A DNA stretch of 63,772 bases, filler included, from Octopus bimaculoides (GCF_001194135.2; 5 parts of 5 records of this genome joined end to end with filler, not necessarily neighbours in it), one strand, 5' to 3'. Shown: positions 14,566 through 26,589, numbered from the whole stretch's first letter. Notes: generated by a model not told the origin, from the letters alone. Translations and numbers: made by a program.

Positions 14566-14856
14566 GTCGTATTTCTGTAATTTCAACCAATCACTGACGT
14601 CCATTCAGGCGATATACATTAAGTGCCGACTACATAAACAAACGATTCTGAAACAATTAACTCTAACCCTAACCCTAACTCTAACTCTAACCCTAACCCT
14701 AACCCTACGGTTAGGGTTAGGGTTAGAGTTAGGGTTAAAGCAAATCTAAAATGAATAAAGCAAATAAAACGAAGAATCGTTTGTTTATGTTGTCGGCACT
14801 TAATGTATATCGGCTGAATGGACGTCAGTGATTGGTTGAAATTATCGAAATAAGAC
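14566..14856. mobile_element. Foldback/MITE-like palindrome with a telomere-repeat core
   Basis: 84-bp inverted arms at 14566-14649 and 14773-14856 (5 mismatches), enclosing (CCCTAA/CTCTAA)n followed by (TTAGGG/TTAGAG)n at 14658-14738. The left arm runs into the N gap. Confidence 0.75.
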
Positions 14857-15896
14857 AATTTTTTACATGAAATAAATTCGAATACAAAAATATTTTTCTG
14901 TTCTATAACACAAAATAGATAAGTATACGAAGTTTGAAAGTCTTTCGGTACCAAAAACACTACGTAAAACATTAATGAAAAATGTGGCCCCCGTTTTAAA
15001 AAAGATCCTATATATATATATATGTATGTATGTATGTATATATGCCTTTGTGACTGTATGTAGTGTTATGTATAATGATTACGTATCTGATTATTTACGT
15101 GTAACTATTTATGTAAACAGTGTGAATAATAACTACGTTTGTGAATATATGTTTGTGTATAACTACGCGTAACTGTAACAGTGTGTATGTGGATGAGAGC
15201 GTATGGCTGACGATATACGTTCATGGAGACTGTGTGCATAGCAGCACGTTTACGTGACTCTGTGTCTATACAGGTTTCTATGTTATGAAGCGAATCTCTG
15301 AACAAGCTGGTCATGGCATCGACTCACTTATAAACGCATACACACACACACAAACATACATACACATGCACACACACACAAACATGCACACACACACATG
15401 CACACACATATGTACCTATATTATATGCGACGTACTTCTTTCAGTTTCTGTCTCCCAAATCCACTCACGAGGCTTTTGGTCGACCCGTGGCAATAGCAGA
15501 AGATATTTGCCCAAAGTGCCATGCAGTGGGACTGAACACGAAACCATGTGGTTGGAAAGCAAGCTTCTTACCACACAGCCATGTCTGTCTACCTGTCTGT
15601 CTTTGTCTGTCTGTCTCTCTCTCTCCATCCCTCTCTCTCTCTATATATATATATTTATATATATTTATATGTGTGTGTGTGTGTGTGTGTGTATGTACAT
15701 GCCTGTATAGTGAGTCGATGCAATGGCGAACTTGTTAAGAGATTCGCTTCATAATCAAGAGGTGTCGCGTTCGATACCCCTGCATCGCACCAAAGAGTAT
15801 GTATACTCGCTGTGTTTATATGGATGAATATATGCTCGCGCGCGTGTGTGAGCAAGCATGCATTTGTGTTTCGCTATGTACCATGTGCGCGTGTGC

Positions 15897-15931
<35 letters not shown>

Positions 15932-16257
15932 TATAACTATGTGTGTGTGTCTTGTATGTCTTTGGGGGTGCGTTTCCGTTTGTACTTGTTTACAGAATAA
16001 GAGTGGATGACGTCATGATTCACTGAGATCAGTAATCACAGTGTGTTGTGGGGTCTGGCGTATTAGCATGTGTGTATATATGTGTCTATGTCTGTGTGTG
16101 TGTGTGCGTGCGCGCGTGTGTATGTGTCTGTGTGTGCGCGCATGTACGCTGAATCGGCGTTGGTGTTGGTGGAGGTAGTGGTTCTAGCGGTTGTGGTGCT
16201 TGTGGTGGTGGTGGTGGTGGTGGTGGTGGTAGTGATTAATGATGGTAATGGGGGAAT

Positions 16258-16357
16258 NNNNNNNNNNNNNNNNNNNNNNNNNNNNNNNNNNNNNNNNNNN
16301 NTTAATTAATTAANNNNNNNNNNNNNNNNNNNNNNNNNNNNNNNNNNNNNNNNNNNN
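16258..16357. other. Assembly linker (44 N + TTAATTAATTAA + 44 N)
   Basis: Exact 100-bp structure that occurs four times. TTAATTAATTAA puts stop codons in all six frames. Confidence 0.9.
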
Positions 16358-18950
16358 TGCCAAGGTGAATTTTGTTGTCAAGCCTAAGGTTAGAGCAAAT
16401 AATGTCAAATTACCTAAACGGATTGATGTGAATAAACTTAAGATTCCGTCAGTACGCAGTGAGTTTGTGAGTGCGATAAATAATTTGTCCTGTGATGGAA
16501 GCTGGAAGTCATTCAAAGAAAGAGTGTATGAGATTTGTAGTAACATTCTTGGCTTTGTTGTAAAAAAACACCAAGATTGGTTTGACGATAATGATGATGA
16601 AGTTAATCTTATCTTAGAGGAGAAGTGAAAGGCATTTAACATGTTGCAAAATGTTGACATGTCAACGAACAGGACAGTGGCTACATATTTCAAGGCTGTA
16701 AAAGCAACAGTACAGAGGAAGCTATGAATGATGCAGGAAAATTGGAGGAGTGATAGATGCGATGAAATCTGAGAAGCTTCAAATGCTAACAATTCCAAAC
16801 TTTTTTACTCTCTCTTGAAAAAAGTTTATGGACCAGTTTCATAAAAGGTCGCGCCACTTCGGAGCAAGGATAGCACAGAATTATTAACAAATCCTAAAGA
16901 TATTGTTGGGAGATGGAAAGAACATTTTGATGAGTTGCTCAATAGACCCACTGAAGTTGATCACTCTTTTCTTGATAATATACCCGAGAGACCTATAAAA
17001 CATCTTATAGCAGCAGTTCCAAACCTGGCTGAAATAAAAGCAGTAATCAAGAAATTGAACTATGGAAAGGCCCCTGGTATGGATGGACTAGGTGCAGAGA
17101 TATTTAAATAGGGTGGTGATCATCTTTGTGCAATGTTGATGGATGTGATTCAGAGGGTTTGGCAAAGTGAAGAGGTTCCTCCAGATTGGCGTGATGCAAC
17201 TATGGAGATACTTTATAAATCTAAAAGTGGGAAGGATGTCTGTGATAATTATCGCGGCATCTGTCTGTTAACTGTTACAGGAAAGGTCCTCTGTAGGATA
17301 ATGCTGGATAGATTGCTCCTGCACATTGCTGATGAGGTTCTGCCAGAATCGCAATGTGGGTTTAGGGATAGTAGGAGTGCTATGGATATGATATTTTCAG
17401 CTAGACAGTTGCAAGAGAAGTGCATCGAACAGGATATGGACTTATACCAGGTTTTCATTGACCTAACAAAAGCGTTTGATTCTATCAATAGAATTTCACT
17501 TTGGGAGATCCTAAAAAAGCTAAGATGCCCTGAAAAATTTGTGAGAATGCTTAGACAATTTCATGACAAGATGGAAGTGAGTTAATGTTGGAGGTACCTT
17601 ATCAGATCCAATTTCTGTAGAAAATGCTGTAAAGCAAGGTGATATTCCTGCTCCTGCACTGTTTGCTATATATTTCGCAATAGTCTTTCAAATAGCTTTT
17701 AAAGATTGCCCTGAAGGGATCTGTATAAGGAAAACTGTTCAATTTCAAAAGACTCTGTACCAAAATGAAAGTTCTGCATTCTTACCTTGTTGAGTTTCTG
17801 TATGCAGATGATTGTGACCTGTTGGCACATTCTCAGAAAGATATGCAGCACATGGTGAATGCAATTTCTGCAGCATGTGCAGCATTGGGTCTAAGAATCA
17901 ATCTAAAAAGAACTGTTATAATGTACCAGCCCACTCCTTCCAAGATGTATGTGGAACCTTTTATAACTGTGAATGGTCAAAGGTTGGAGACTGTACCGTG
18001 AGCACTGCTGATCTTGATGATGAAATTTCATACAGAATCAGCAGGGCTAGTAGAGCTTTTGGTAGGCTTGATAGGCGTCTGTGGAAACAACATAATATAT
18101 CTTCACAAATTAAAGTTAAGGTATATAACACATGCATCCTCCCATCTTTGCAATATGGAAGTGAGGCATGGGTTGTTTACCCTAGGCATGTAAGGTAACT
18201 GGAACGATTTCATCAATACTGTCAGAAAAATTTTGGGGATAAACTGGAAAATGGTCATTAGTAATGTGGAGGTACTTGAGAGGAGTGGCAGTAGAGGTAT
18301 AGAGTCAATGATTTTGCAAAGACGTTTGGGGGGGGGGGCATTTGGTAAGGATGAGTGATGTGCGACTGCTCAAGCAGTTATTGTATGGTGAGCTGGAGGG
18401 TGGCAGGAGACCAGTGCATAAGCCTAAACTAAGGTTTAAGGATTGTTTTAAAATGCTCTAATACAGACAGGAATTGCAGCTGGTAATTGGGAGAGGGAGG
18501 CACAAGACTCTGATTAATGGAGGAAGATGGAGTATGATGGTTGTTCAAGGTTTGAGAGGGAGAGAGTGAAGTATGAGAGAATTAGGAGGGGGCTTAGAAG
18601 CAAGGAACCTGTGGAAAGTGAGAGAGTGTTGCTTTTTATGTGAGTGGTTTGTGGGTGGAGGCGTTTGAGTCATGCAGGCCTGGTGAGCCATCAAAATTCT
18701 CATAAAAATTGACCCATGATAAACATTGATGTGACTATTAAAATTCATAACAGAACGAGTGTAAAATGTAGAAGGGTGTGCCTCACAGCTGGAGGTCTAA
18801 AAAGATATGCTAAGAGAGTGCATATGGTGGCACCTGTTTCTCCTGCCAGCCAGCACAGTTGTGTAGTATGTAATAAAATGTGTAAAAACTTGGCCAGGCT
18901 AAAAAGTCATTTAAGGGCATCACATGGCAACAATCATGAATCATTTCTGT
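16358..18950 (+). mobile_element. RTE-clade (BovB-like) LINE: linker, RT and C-terminal zinc fingers; inactive
   Basis: ORF pieces KKHQDWFDDND, NYRGICLLTVTGKVL, LPESQCGFR, FIDLTKAFDS, FLYADDCDLLA and LQYGSEAW. Many stops and deletions. The 5' end is cut by the linker. Confidence 0.9.
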
Positions 18951-19025
18951 AAGTGTTCTTGGCAATTGCTCTTCTCGTGTAACAAGGATGCAGCTGTGAT
19001 ATATATATATATGTATGCATATATG

Positions 19026-19062
<37 letters not shown>

Positions 19063-19077
19063 TGATGATGATGATGA

Positions 19078-19118
<41 letters not shown>

Positions 19119-19436
19119 NNNNNNNNNNNNNNNNNNNNNNNNNNNNNNNNNNNNNNNNNNNNNNNNNNNNNNNNNNNNNNNNNNNNNNNNNNNNNNNNNN
19201 NNNNNNNNNNNNNNNNNNNNNNNNNNNNNNNNNNNNNNNNNNNNNNNNNNNNNNNNNNNNNNNNNNNNNNNNNNNNNNNNNNNNNNNNNNNNNNNNNNNN
19301 NNNNNNNNNNNNNNNNNNNNNNNNNNNNNNNNNNNNNNNNNNNNNNNNNNNNNNNNNNNNNNNNNNNNNNNNNNNNNNNNNNNNNNNNNNNNNNNNNNNN
19401 NNNNNNNNNNNNNNNNNNNNNNNNNNNNNNNNNNNN

Positions 19437-19620
19437 GCGGGTGACACGTAAAAGCACCCACTACACTCTCTGAGTGGTTGGCGTTAGGAAGGGCATCCAG
19501 CTGTAGAAACTCTGCCAAATCGGACTGGAGCCTGGTGTTGCCATCCGGTTTCACCAGTCCTCAGTCAAATCGTCCAACCCATGCTAGCATGGAAAGCGGA
19601 CGTTAAACGATGATGATGAT
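19437..19620 (+). mobile_element. RTE LINE 3' UTR/tail fragment ending in (GAT)n
   Basis: GGCGTTAGGAAGGGCATCCAGCTGTAG...GCGGACGTTAAACGATGATGATGAT. The same sequence directly follows RT coding sequence at 54840-55023. Confidence 0.85.
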
Positions 19621-19799
19621 ATATATATATATGTATATACATATAAGAAGGGATGACCACTAAGTGGACATCCATTATGCTAGAAAAAGATCATCTACGA
19701 TCAAACCACAAAAGAAAAGAATGTTCTCTAGAGAAATTCAGCACACACCAAAGCATGAACGGGCAAGACAAATGAAAATATACAAAATAAAGAATTAAT

Positions 19800-19864
19800 C
19801 ATAGACCAGGTTTCGCCATTAACGCAAATTTACTTAAGTAACACATCCATGACTCTTCAGTACG
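19800..19864 (-). ncRNA. Type I hammerhead ribozyme motif, canonical core
   Basis: Minus strand reads CGUA CUGAAGA GUCAU [29 nt] AUGGC GAAA CCUG GUC UAUG. All core nucleotides, the G10.1-C11.1 pair, a GUC triplet and stems I, II and III are present. Confidence 0.75.
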
Positions 19865-20964
19865 GCCGTTCTAATTCAATATAATTTGCAGAACAATACA
19901 CGAGTTGTCCACATAAAATTAGACATGTGTACAGTTCTACCGATTACATTGAGGTTATTTTCAAAAGTCTCTGCTCTGGCGCGCTAAATACTGGAAACAA
20001 TTCTGCAGAAGATAATACACTGCAGTAACCGTCGCCGGTTAGAGAACATAATTATTTAAAATTTAAATAATAAGAGTGATAAATTGAATATTAATTCAAT
20101 TAATACCAATTTAAATATGTATGTATATATATATATGTATGTATGTATGTATGTATATATATANNNNNNNNNNNNNNNNNNNNNNNNNNNNNNNNNNNNN
20201 NNNNNNNNNNNNNNNNNNNNNNNNNNNNNNNNNNNNNNNNNNNNNNNNNNNNNNNNNNNNNNNGATAAACAAAGTAATTACTCTTATTATTGATTGTTAT
20301 CACATTGTGTAATGAGAAGTTATTATTCCCCTCTATGAAATTTTAACTACAATAACAACTGTTCATTTTATGTTTGCTTTTTCATGCTAACTTGGGCCGG
20401 AGATACTTATTAATTGAGGTATTATTTTCTAGCTGGATGCTCTTCCTCTCTGTAACTCGTAACTGTTTTCCTAGTAAGGTATTTTTTACTCTAGTTGTCT
20501 TCAAAAGTACAGGGCAGTTTGCTAATAGGAAATGTCAACATAACATCATAATTTTTACTCAGTTTCATGCAAAGATGAGGAATGCTTGTACCATCATTTA
20601 ATCAGATGTTATAAAACATTTCTTCATTAAACTGTAGAGCATCAGAATGTATTTGTGAACAACCTGCATTTGTTAAATTCTCCAAAAACTAAATTTACTT
20701 TGTTATTGATTGGAGTAGAGACTGAGTGTTATTTGTTTCATAACAAATCACTTCAGTTAGTCTTCTCTAATTAGTACACTAATCTCTGACTCCATATCAA
20801 AGAATGACGATATTATTTACAGAGGTGATTGCATTTCACTTTGCATCTTTTAATTCCAAAAGCTTCACTTAAAGTCTTTACTACAGACTGATTTCTTCCA
20901 CATAAATCATCAGAATTAAAGCAGAACTTTTATCTGTTTCATCCATTTTTGGGTGACTGCTATT

Positions 20965-21620
20965 CCTTAAAGTGTTGTGGGGGTACAGTCCTCAGGCATC
21001 TCCTCCATAGGATCCTATCAGAGACAACTGTCATTAAACTTTCCAGTTGGATTCCCAGGCATGATCAACTGAGACTATGAATATTATTCAACCATCTTGC
21101 TTGTGGTTCTACTTCTAGGTCTCTCATATGTTGCCTTGGCCTGAAGAGTCTATCTTGTGACCCTTTTCTGTGGCATTCTAACCATATGTCTGTAATACCA
21201 TTGCTGTGACTTCTCACTGCAGAGAAGTAGCAGCTTGATCTGAAGAAACTCTCTGATCTCCAAGCTATGCACCTTGTTGAGTAATGTTACTCTAGAGATC
21301 TTTCAGAGGAACCCCATTTCAGCTGCTTGTATTCACAGTCATACTCTTACAGTCATTACCCAACATTTATGACCATTGGTGAGCATTGGCATGAAAACCA
21401 AATTGAAGATTGTAAGTTTTTTTTTTTTTTTTTTTCTTACTAAATTCTCTTCTGAGGATCAAATGCTGAAGCTGGCACATTACTATACCAACAACTACAA
21501 TTCTGGCATCCAATTCAGCCTCCTGTCTCCTGACACTCGTGAATACAGCATCCAGATACTTTGACCTTTCCTCTTGCCTCAGTGACGTTCCACTAACATG
21601 CAGTGTGCTCTGCATAATAT
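20965..21620 (-). mobile_element. Degenerate RTE-clade (Rex3/Expander-like) LINE 3' fragment
   Basis: Minus ORF LHVSGTSLRQEERSKYLDAVFTSVRRQEAELDARI matches the post-RT FKYLGxxF region. It continues, with stops, into a GRPRTRW-like region. Confidence 0.65.
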
Positions 21621-21781
21621 ATATTCTCCATCATGGAAATATAGAGAACCATTAGCCTAACAGACTATAAGTTTAGTAGAGGAACTTGGTTTCTTGCAAA
21701 ATATTTTGTGATATTGATTTTCTTTTTTTTTTATATATCTTCTGAAGTAGAATTATGAAATCTTTGTATTTATCTTTTTAG

Positions 21782-21899
21782 GATGAAGGATCCTTTCAAC
21801 TGAAACAGACTGCTCGCAATGCATTGAAGCAGCTTGGCAGTGAGAAAGCTGATTTCCTCAACTGGAGAGACATGTGGGCATTTATCACAATTAAAAAAA
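21782..21899 (+). CDS. POMGNT1: POMGNT1 coding exon (stem domain)
   Basis: tttttag acceptor, then DEGSFQLKQTARNALKQLGSEKADFLNWRDMWAFITIKK, versus human [30 protein letters not shown] (recalled). 118 bp, phase 0 to 1. The donor is A|GCAAGT (GC). Confidence 0.9.
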
Positions 21900-22174
21900 G
21901 CAAGTATTTCCAGTTAGGCATTTTTGACTCTATTATAAGCTACGAGGTTTTTGATTATTTCATACCTCTCACTTTTTAAAAAATCTATATTGAATTGTGA
22001 TTTCAATTTTATTTAATGTAACTTCTCAATGTAACTGCATTGAATGTGTAAACAACTATGACCCGCCTAACCACATTGCTTTCCATCAGTGCACTTATCT
22101 TGTCTACTCATATCTACCATTGTTTTCTCCCTTTTTGTTTTGTAAAAATTAAAAGCTTGCTTGCTAACCACATG

Positions 22175-22460
22175 GTGCAGGGTTCAGTCCCACTGTGAAA
22201 CACCTTGAGCAAGTGTCTTCTACTATAGCCATGGGTGGACCAAAGCTTTGTGAGTGGATTTGGTGAGCAGAAACTGAAAGATGACCATCGTATATTTGTG
22301 TGTGTGTTTGTCCCTCACCCCCTACCCCACTACTTGGCAACCAGTGCTGGTATATTTACATCTCCATAACTTAGCGGTTCTGCAAATAAGACCGATTGAC
22401 CAGGCTTTAAAAAAATAAGTTTTGGGGTTGATACCAAAAAATCATTCAAGGTGGTGCCGG
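22175..22460 (+). mobile_element. OR-like CORE SINE copy
   Basis: Colinear with 52-458 (CACCTTGAGCAAGTGTCTTCTACTATAGCC...AACTTAGCGGTTC). Ends approximate. Confidence 0.75.
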
Positions 22461-22863
22461 AATATTCATTTTTACCTGGTAAGTGGACTGGAGCAACATG
22501 AAAAGAAGTGTTTTGCTCAAGAACACAATGCATTGCTCTGTCCAGGAATCAAAAACACAATCTTACAATCACGAGTTTAACACCCTAACCACTAAGCCAT
22601 GCAACTCCACAGGACTGAATTGTTCAGCAAACCTCTTAACTACTCATTCATATCTGCATTCATTTCTTAACCGCAGTTTTTTTCCTAATTTTCTGTTCTG
22701 CTCTTATCTTCTCAAATTGCACTTGAATAGATAAATAATAAGAATAAATTATTAAACTAATTGTGTATAAATGTTGCTGTTTGTATGCTATGTAAAACAA
22801 TATGAGTACATTTAAGATTCATGTGAAGTAGTGTATAAAAGTTTCTGTCCCTGTTTGTTACAG

Positions 22864-22962
22864 GTGAGAAAGTTGCTGAAGCATATAGCAAGTCTCTTGA
22901 TTTATCAAGTTGGGGAGAAAAAGTGACTCTCACCGCAGCAATACCATTAGTACCAGCTGAAT
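22864..22962 (+). CDS. POMGNT1: POMGNT1 coding exon
   Basis: ttacag|GT...GAAT|gtaagt; EKVAEAYSKSLDLSSWGEKVTLTAAIPLVPAE, versus human GEKHSKSPALSSWGDPVLL. 99 bp, phase 1 to 1. Confidence 0.92.
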
Positions 22963-23469
22963 GTAAGTAATAATTTAATTTTAACCACTTGTTGTTTAGA
23001 CCTCGGTAAGCTCTGATTGAGTACCCTTGAATATCCTCTAGTTTTTTTTTTTCTGTCAGATGTATTTAGGACTGTGTTATCCAACATATCCTTCATTTTG
23101 CCTGTTACTCTAATGGTTCTGCTAACTCGCTGCCAGCAGTGGTGGTGGCAGCAGCAGTGGTTGTTTCTAATTTAGACACACAGCTAACTATTTTGAGGGG
23201 CAAAGGGACAGTCAGTACCATCAACCTCACTACTTGACTGGTTCTCTATCTAACAACCCCAAAAGATGAAAGACAAAGTTGACCATGACAGGATGTGAAC
23301 TCTGAGCATAAAGCTATGGAACAAATACCACATGACATTTTGTCTGATGCTTTATCAGCGCAGAGAGATGAAAGGTAAATACAAACCCAGTGGGGTTTTG
23401 AACCCAAAAGAGATGAAATTCAATACAGCCAGGTACTCAGTTTAGTAGCCTACTGTTTCTTCAACACCA

Positions 23470-24050
23470 TCATCTCGTAATAGTCCTTTCTACTAAAGGC
23501 ACAAGACCTGAAATTTGGTGAGAGGAGACTAGTCAATTGCATTGATCCCTGTGTTTCACTGGTACTTAATTTATCAACCCTGAAAGGATGAAAAGGAAAG
23601 TTGACCTCGGCAGAATTTGAACTCGGAACATAGTGACAGGCGAAATACTGCTAAGCATGCTAACAATTCTGCCAGCTCGCTGCCTTACCTTGTAATAATA
23701 GTGCTAAGGATGAAAAGACAAAAAAGAAAAAAGAAATATTAGTTGTAGTAAAGGTAGTAACTTTTCTATTTAGATCAGTGCTTCCCAACCTATTTTCCCC
23801 CAAGCCACACTATAACTTTTCTGAAAAATGTATGCTCCACCAGTGGTTGGCAAACTGGCAGAATTGTTAGTATGCCAGACAAAATACTTAGTGGTGTTTC
23901 ATCTGTCCTGAGTTCAAATTCCACCGAGGTCAACTTTGCCTTTCATCCTTTCAAGATTGATCAAATAAGTACCAGTTGAGCACTGGGGTCAATGTAATCA
24001 ACTGAACCCCTTCCCAAATTGCTGGCCTTGTGCCAAAGTTTGAAACTAAT
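23470..24050. mobile_element. Two OK-like SINE copies in opposite orientation (about 23470-23690 minus, 23843-24050 plus)
   Basis: Both match 466-678. The plus copy lies within a hAT-like element starting CAGTGCTTCCCAACC at 23776. Confidence 0.7.
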
Positions 24051-24306
24051 ATTTCATAGTTATATACTTTCCTTAAAGAAATATCCACACTTTAGCATAG
24101 TACTATACTGTAGCAAACCATCTTTACACAGTATGCATGGCTTGAGGGATTGATTTGGCTAGGTTGAGTATAGGAGTAGTATGTTTGCTGTGTACAAAAG
24201 TTTTCACAATTTCATGTCCCAACTTAAAAAAAAAAAACAATGAGGAATTTTGGAAACCACGGTCCACCATAATTTTCCCAGCCCCCACTGGTGAGGNNNN
24301 NNNNNN

Positions 24307-24422
24307 AATGGCCAGATGATGAAATCAACAATCGGCGTCGGACATTCTGCTCTAAAGTTGAAGGTTATGGTAGTGTTTGTCAGTGCAAGGATCCTGCCCC
24401 AATTGTTTTCAATCCAACTACC
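24307..24422 (+). CDS. POMGNT1: POMGNT1 coding exon (5' end and acceptor lost in the N gap)
   Basis: [38 protein letters not shown]|gtaagt, versus human [34 protein letters not shown]. Confidence 0.95.
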
Positions 24423-26589
24423 GTAAGTTTCTTTTTTTCCTTATTATTATTGTTGTTAAAACATTTTCCCTTTTCCAGTTTAAAATTTTTATATATTTGC
24501 TATTAGGATGTCATCATCACATTTAACCCCTTTGTTACCATATTTCTGTTGAGATGCTCTGTGTTTCTTTCAATTAATCTTAATATATAAAACAGAGTTT
24601 GTGTATATGTGTGTGTTTTGTTGTGGTGAAAAAAATACTTTTTCTCAGAATATTTTGCACAATAATTTTTAAAGAAATCTGGACATCTTTCTTACTGCTA
24701 AATATTCGACTTCAAATTACGATTGTTAATTGTTGGAAGTCAAGTAGACTGAGATGTACATACAGTGTTATCGTATACAGTGGAAGTTCAATACAAAGTT
24801 TTGAACTCATTATCTTGTGGTTAGTAATCCATTACCTTAAATTTGAAGCCATTAAGTCTTTAAACATTATTTTACTGGGTTTAGTCTTTTGACTATCCCT
24901 ATGATGGAGTATCACCTTCAAAAACTTAATTGATCATACTGATCTCAGTACGTATTTCAATCTGGCATTTATTTTATAGATCTCTACTTGATGAACTGCT
25001 AACTTTGAGAGATAGTGGGACACAATACTCAATTTAACAACAAATATAAGCACACACTCACACACACATTAGGTGCAGGAATGACTGTGCAGTTGAGAAG
25101 TTTGCTTCCAACCACATGGTTCCATGTTCAGTCCCTCTGCATGGTACCTTAGGCAAGTGTTTTCTACTATAGCTCTAGGCCAACCACAGACTTGTGACTG
25201 AATTTGGTAGACGGAAACTGCTGTGTTGTTCATCAGAAAATGACCGAGAAATGTGTTTACAAAGAAGAATTGTTTACTTCATACTCCTCATGTGCCAATT
25301 CTGCCCACAAGAAAGGAAGAAATTATACAATGTGGCTGTAAGTCACAACAACCCGGGCAACACTGGGGTGCATTGCCAATTTTAAATTGAACAAAGAATT
25401 TAGTAAAAAACTTAGTTATCATTAAGCTAGTGTTAGGAACATAAATTGTGACTAAGGTTTGGTGGAAGATTTTAATTCACAACTTTTGAAAACAAGACAC
25501 TTGTACTCTAGAGCCAGAGGCGGTTTCAGCCGGGTTGATATCAAAAGGGTTAATATCCATTTTCCATGCTGTCATGGGTTGGATGGTTTGACAGGAGCTG
25601 CCCAGGATCCGTTTGTCTGCTTTAGCATAGTTTCTATAGCTGGATGCCCTTCTTAATGCCAACTACTTTATAGAGTGTGCCAGGTGCTTTTTATGTGGTA
25701 CCGGCATGGGTGCTTCTATGTGATGCTGGTATGAGGGCTTTTTGCATGGTTCCGGCACAAGTGTGCTTTATGTGATGCTAGGACGAGTGCTTTTTACATG
25801 GTGCCAACACAAGTGTGTTTTATGTGGCACCAGCAAGTACTTTAGAAATAAGATTTCTTTTCCACATTTACAGATACCATTCTTATTCATAGGTTATCAG
25901 GTTATAATTTTGTACCAGAAAATATTTGCACTCAGACATATTAAATCTCACAATAAGATCAAAATTATAATTACTTGAAAACTTATATTTAAGTTCATTT
26001 GTCTTGTAAATAGTTTATAGTATTTCAAGCTAAGTTATATATGTATTGTACGTACATCTTTCTTGGTATAGAACAGCTAGAGTCGACCTACAATGAAGTT
26101 ACTCAAAGCAGTGACTTCATTTGTTTACGTATAAAGTTTAGATTGGTTGAAATAATTAACTTAGCCATTAATTTTCTTTTCCATATCATATGTTTCAACT
26201 AGTAAATTCTATGATGATGTTGAAGTTTTACATATTTCACATATAAATGACATTGCAGTATAAGTATCATAATATTGTGTCCATTAAAATTGTTTCAGTT
26301 TTCAGGTGGACAAGATTTTATGATACTTGTAATGCAGTGCTATTGTCTCATCATCATTTAACATTCACTTTTCCATGTTTGCATGAGTTGGACAGAGTTT
26401 ATTGAGGCAAATTTTCTGTGGCCAAATGCCCTTCCTGTTGCCAGGCTTCATCTGTTTCCTAGCAAAGTAGTATTGTCCCATGGCCAGACATGTTCTTGTA
26501 GAATATTGGAAGCGAATGATTCTGCTTGTATGACAGTGAAACCATTTTACAGCTATTACATGATGTCAAGACAAGGGGACACAAACATA

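Noticed and set aside
14658-14738. Telomere fusion or chromosome-end remnant
   Set aside because: The order (CCCTAA)n-(TTAGGG)n is opposite to a fusion, the tract is short, and it sits inside inverted arms.
15717-15786. tRNA-Met-like gene (GATGCA/TGCATC acceptor stem, CAT in the loop, TTCGA)
   Set aside because: The D, anticodon and T stems pair poorly and it is embedded in repeats. Most likely a decayed SINE head or pseudogene.
16302-16313. TTAATTAATTAA as a biological motif (PacI-like or homeobox palindrome)
   Set aside because: It is always centred in exactly 44 N on each side, at four places, so it is an assembly linker.
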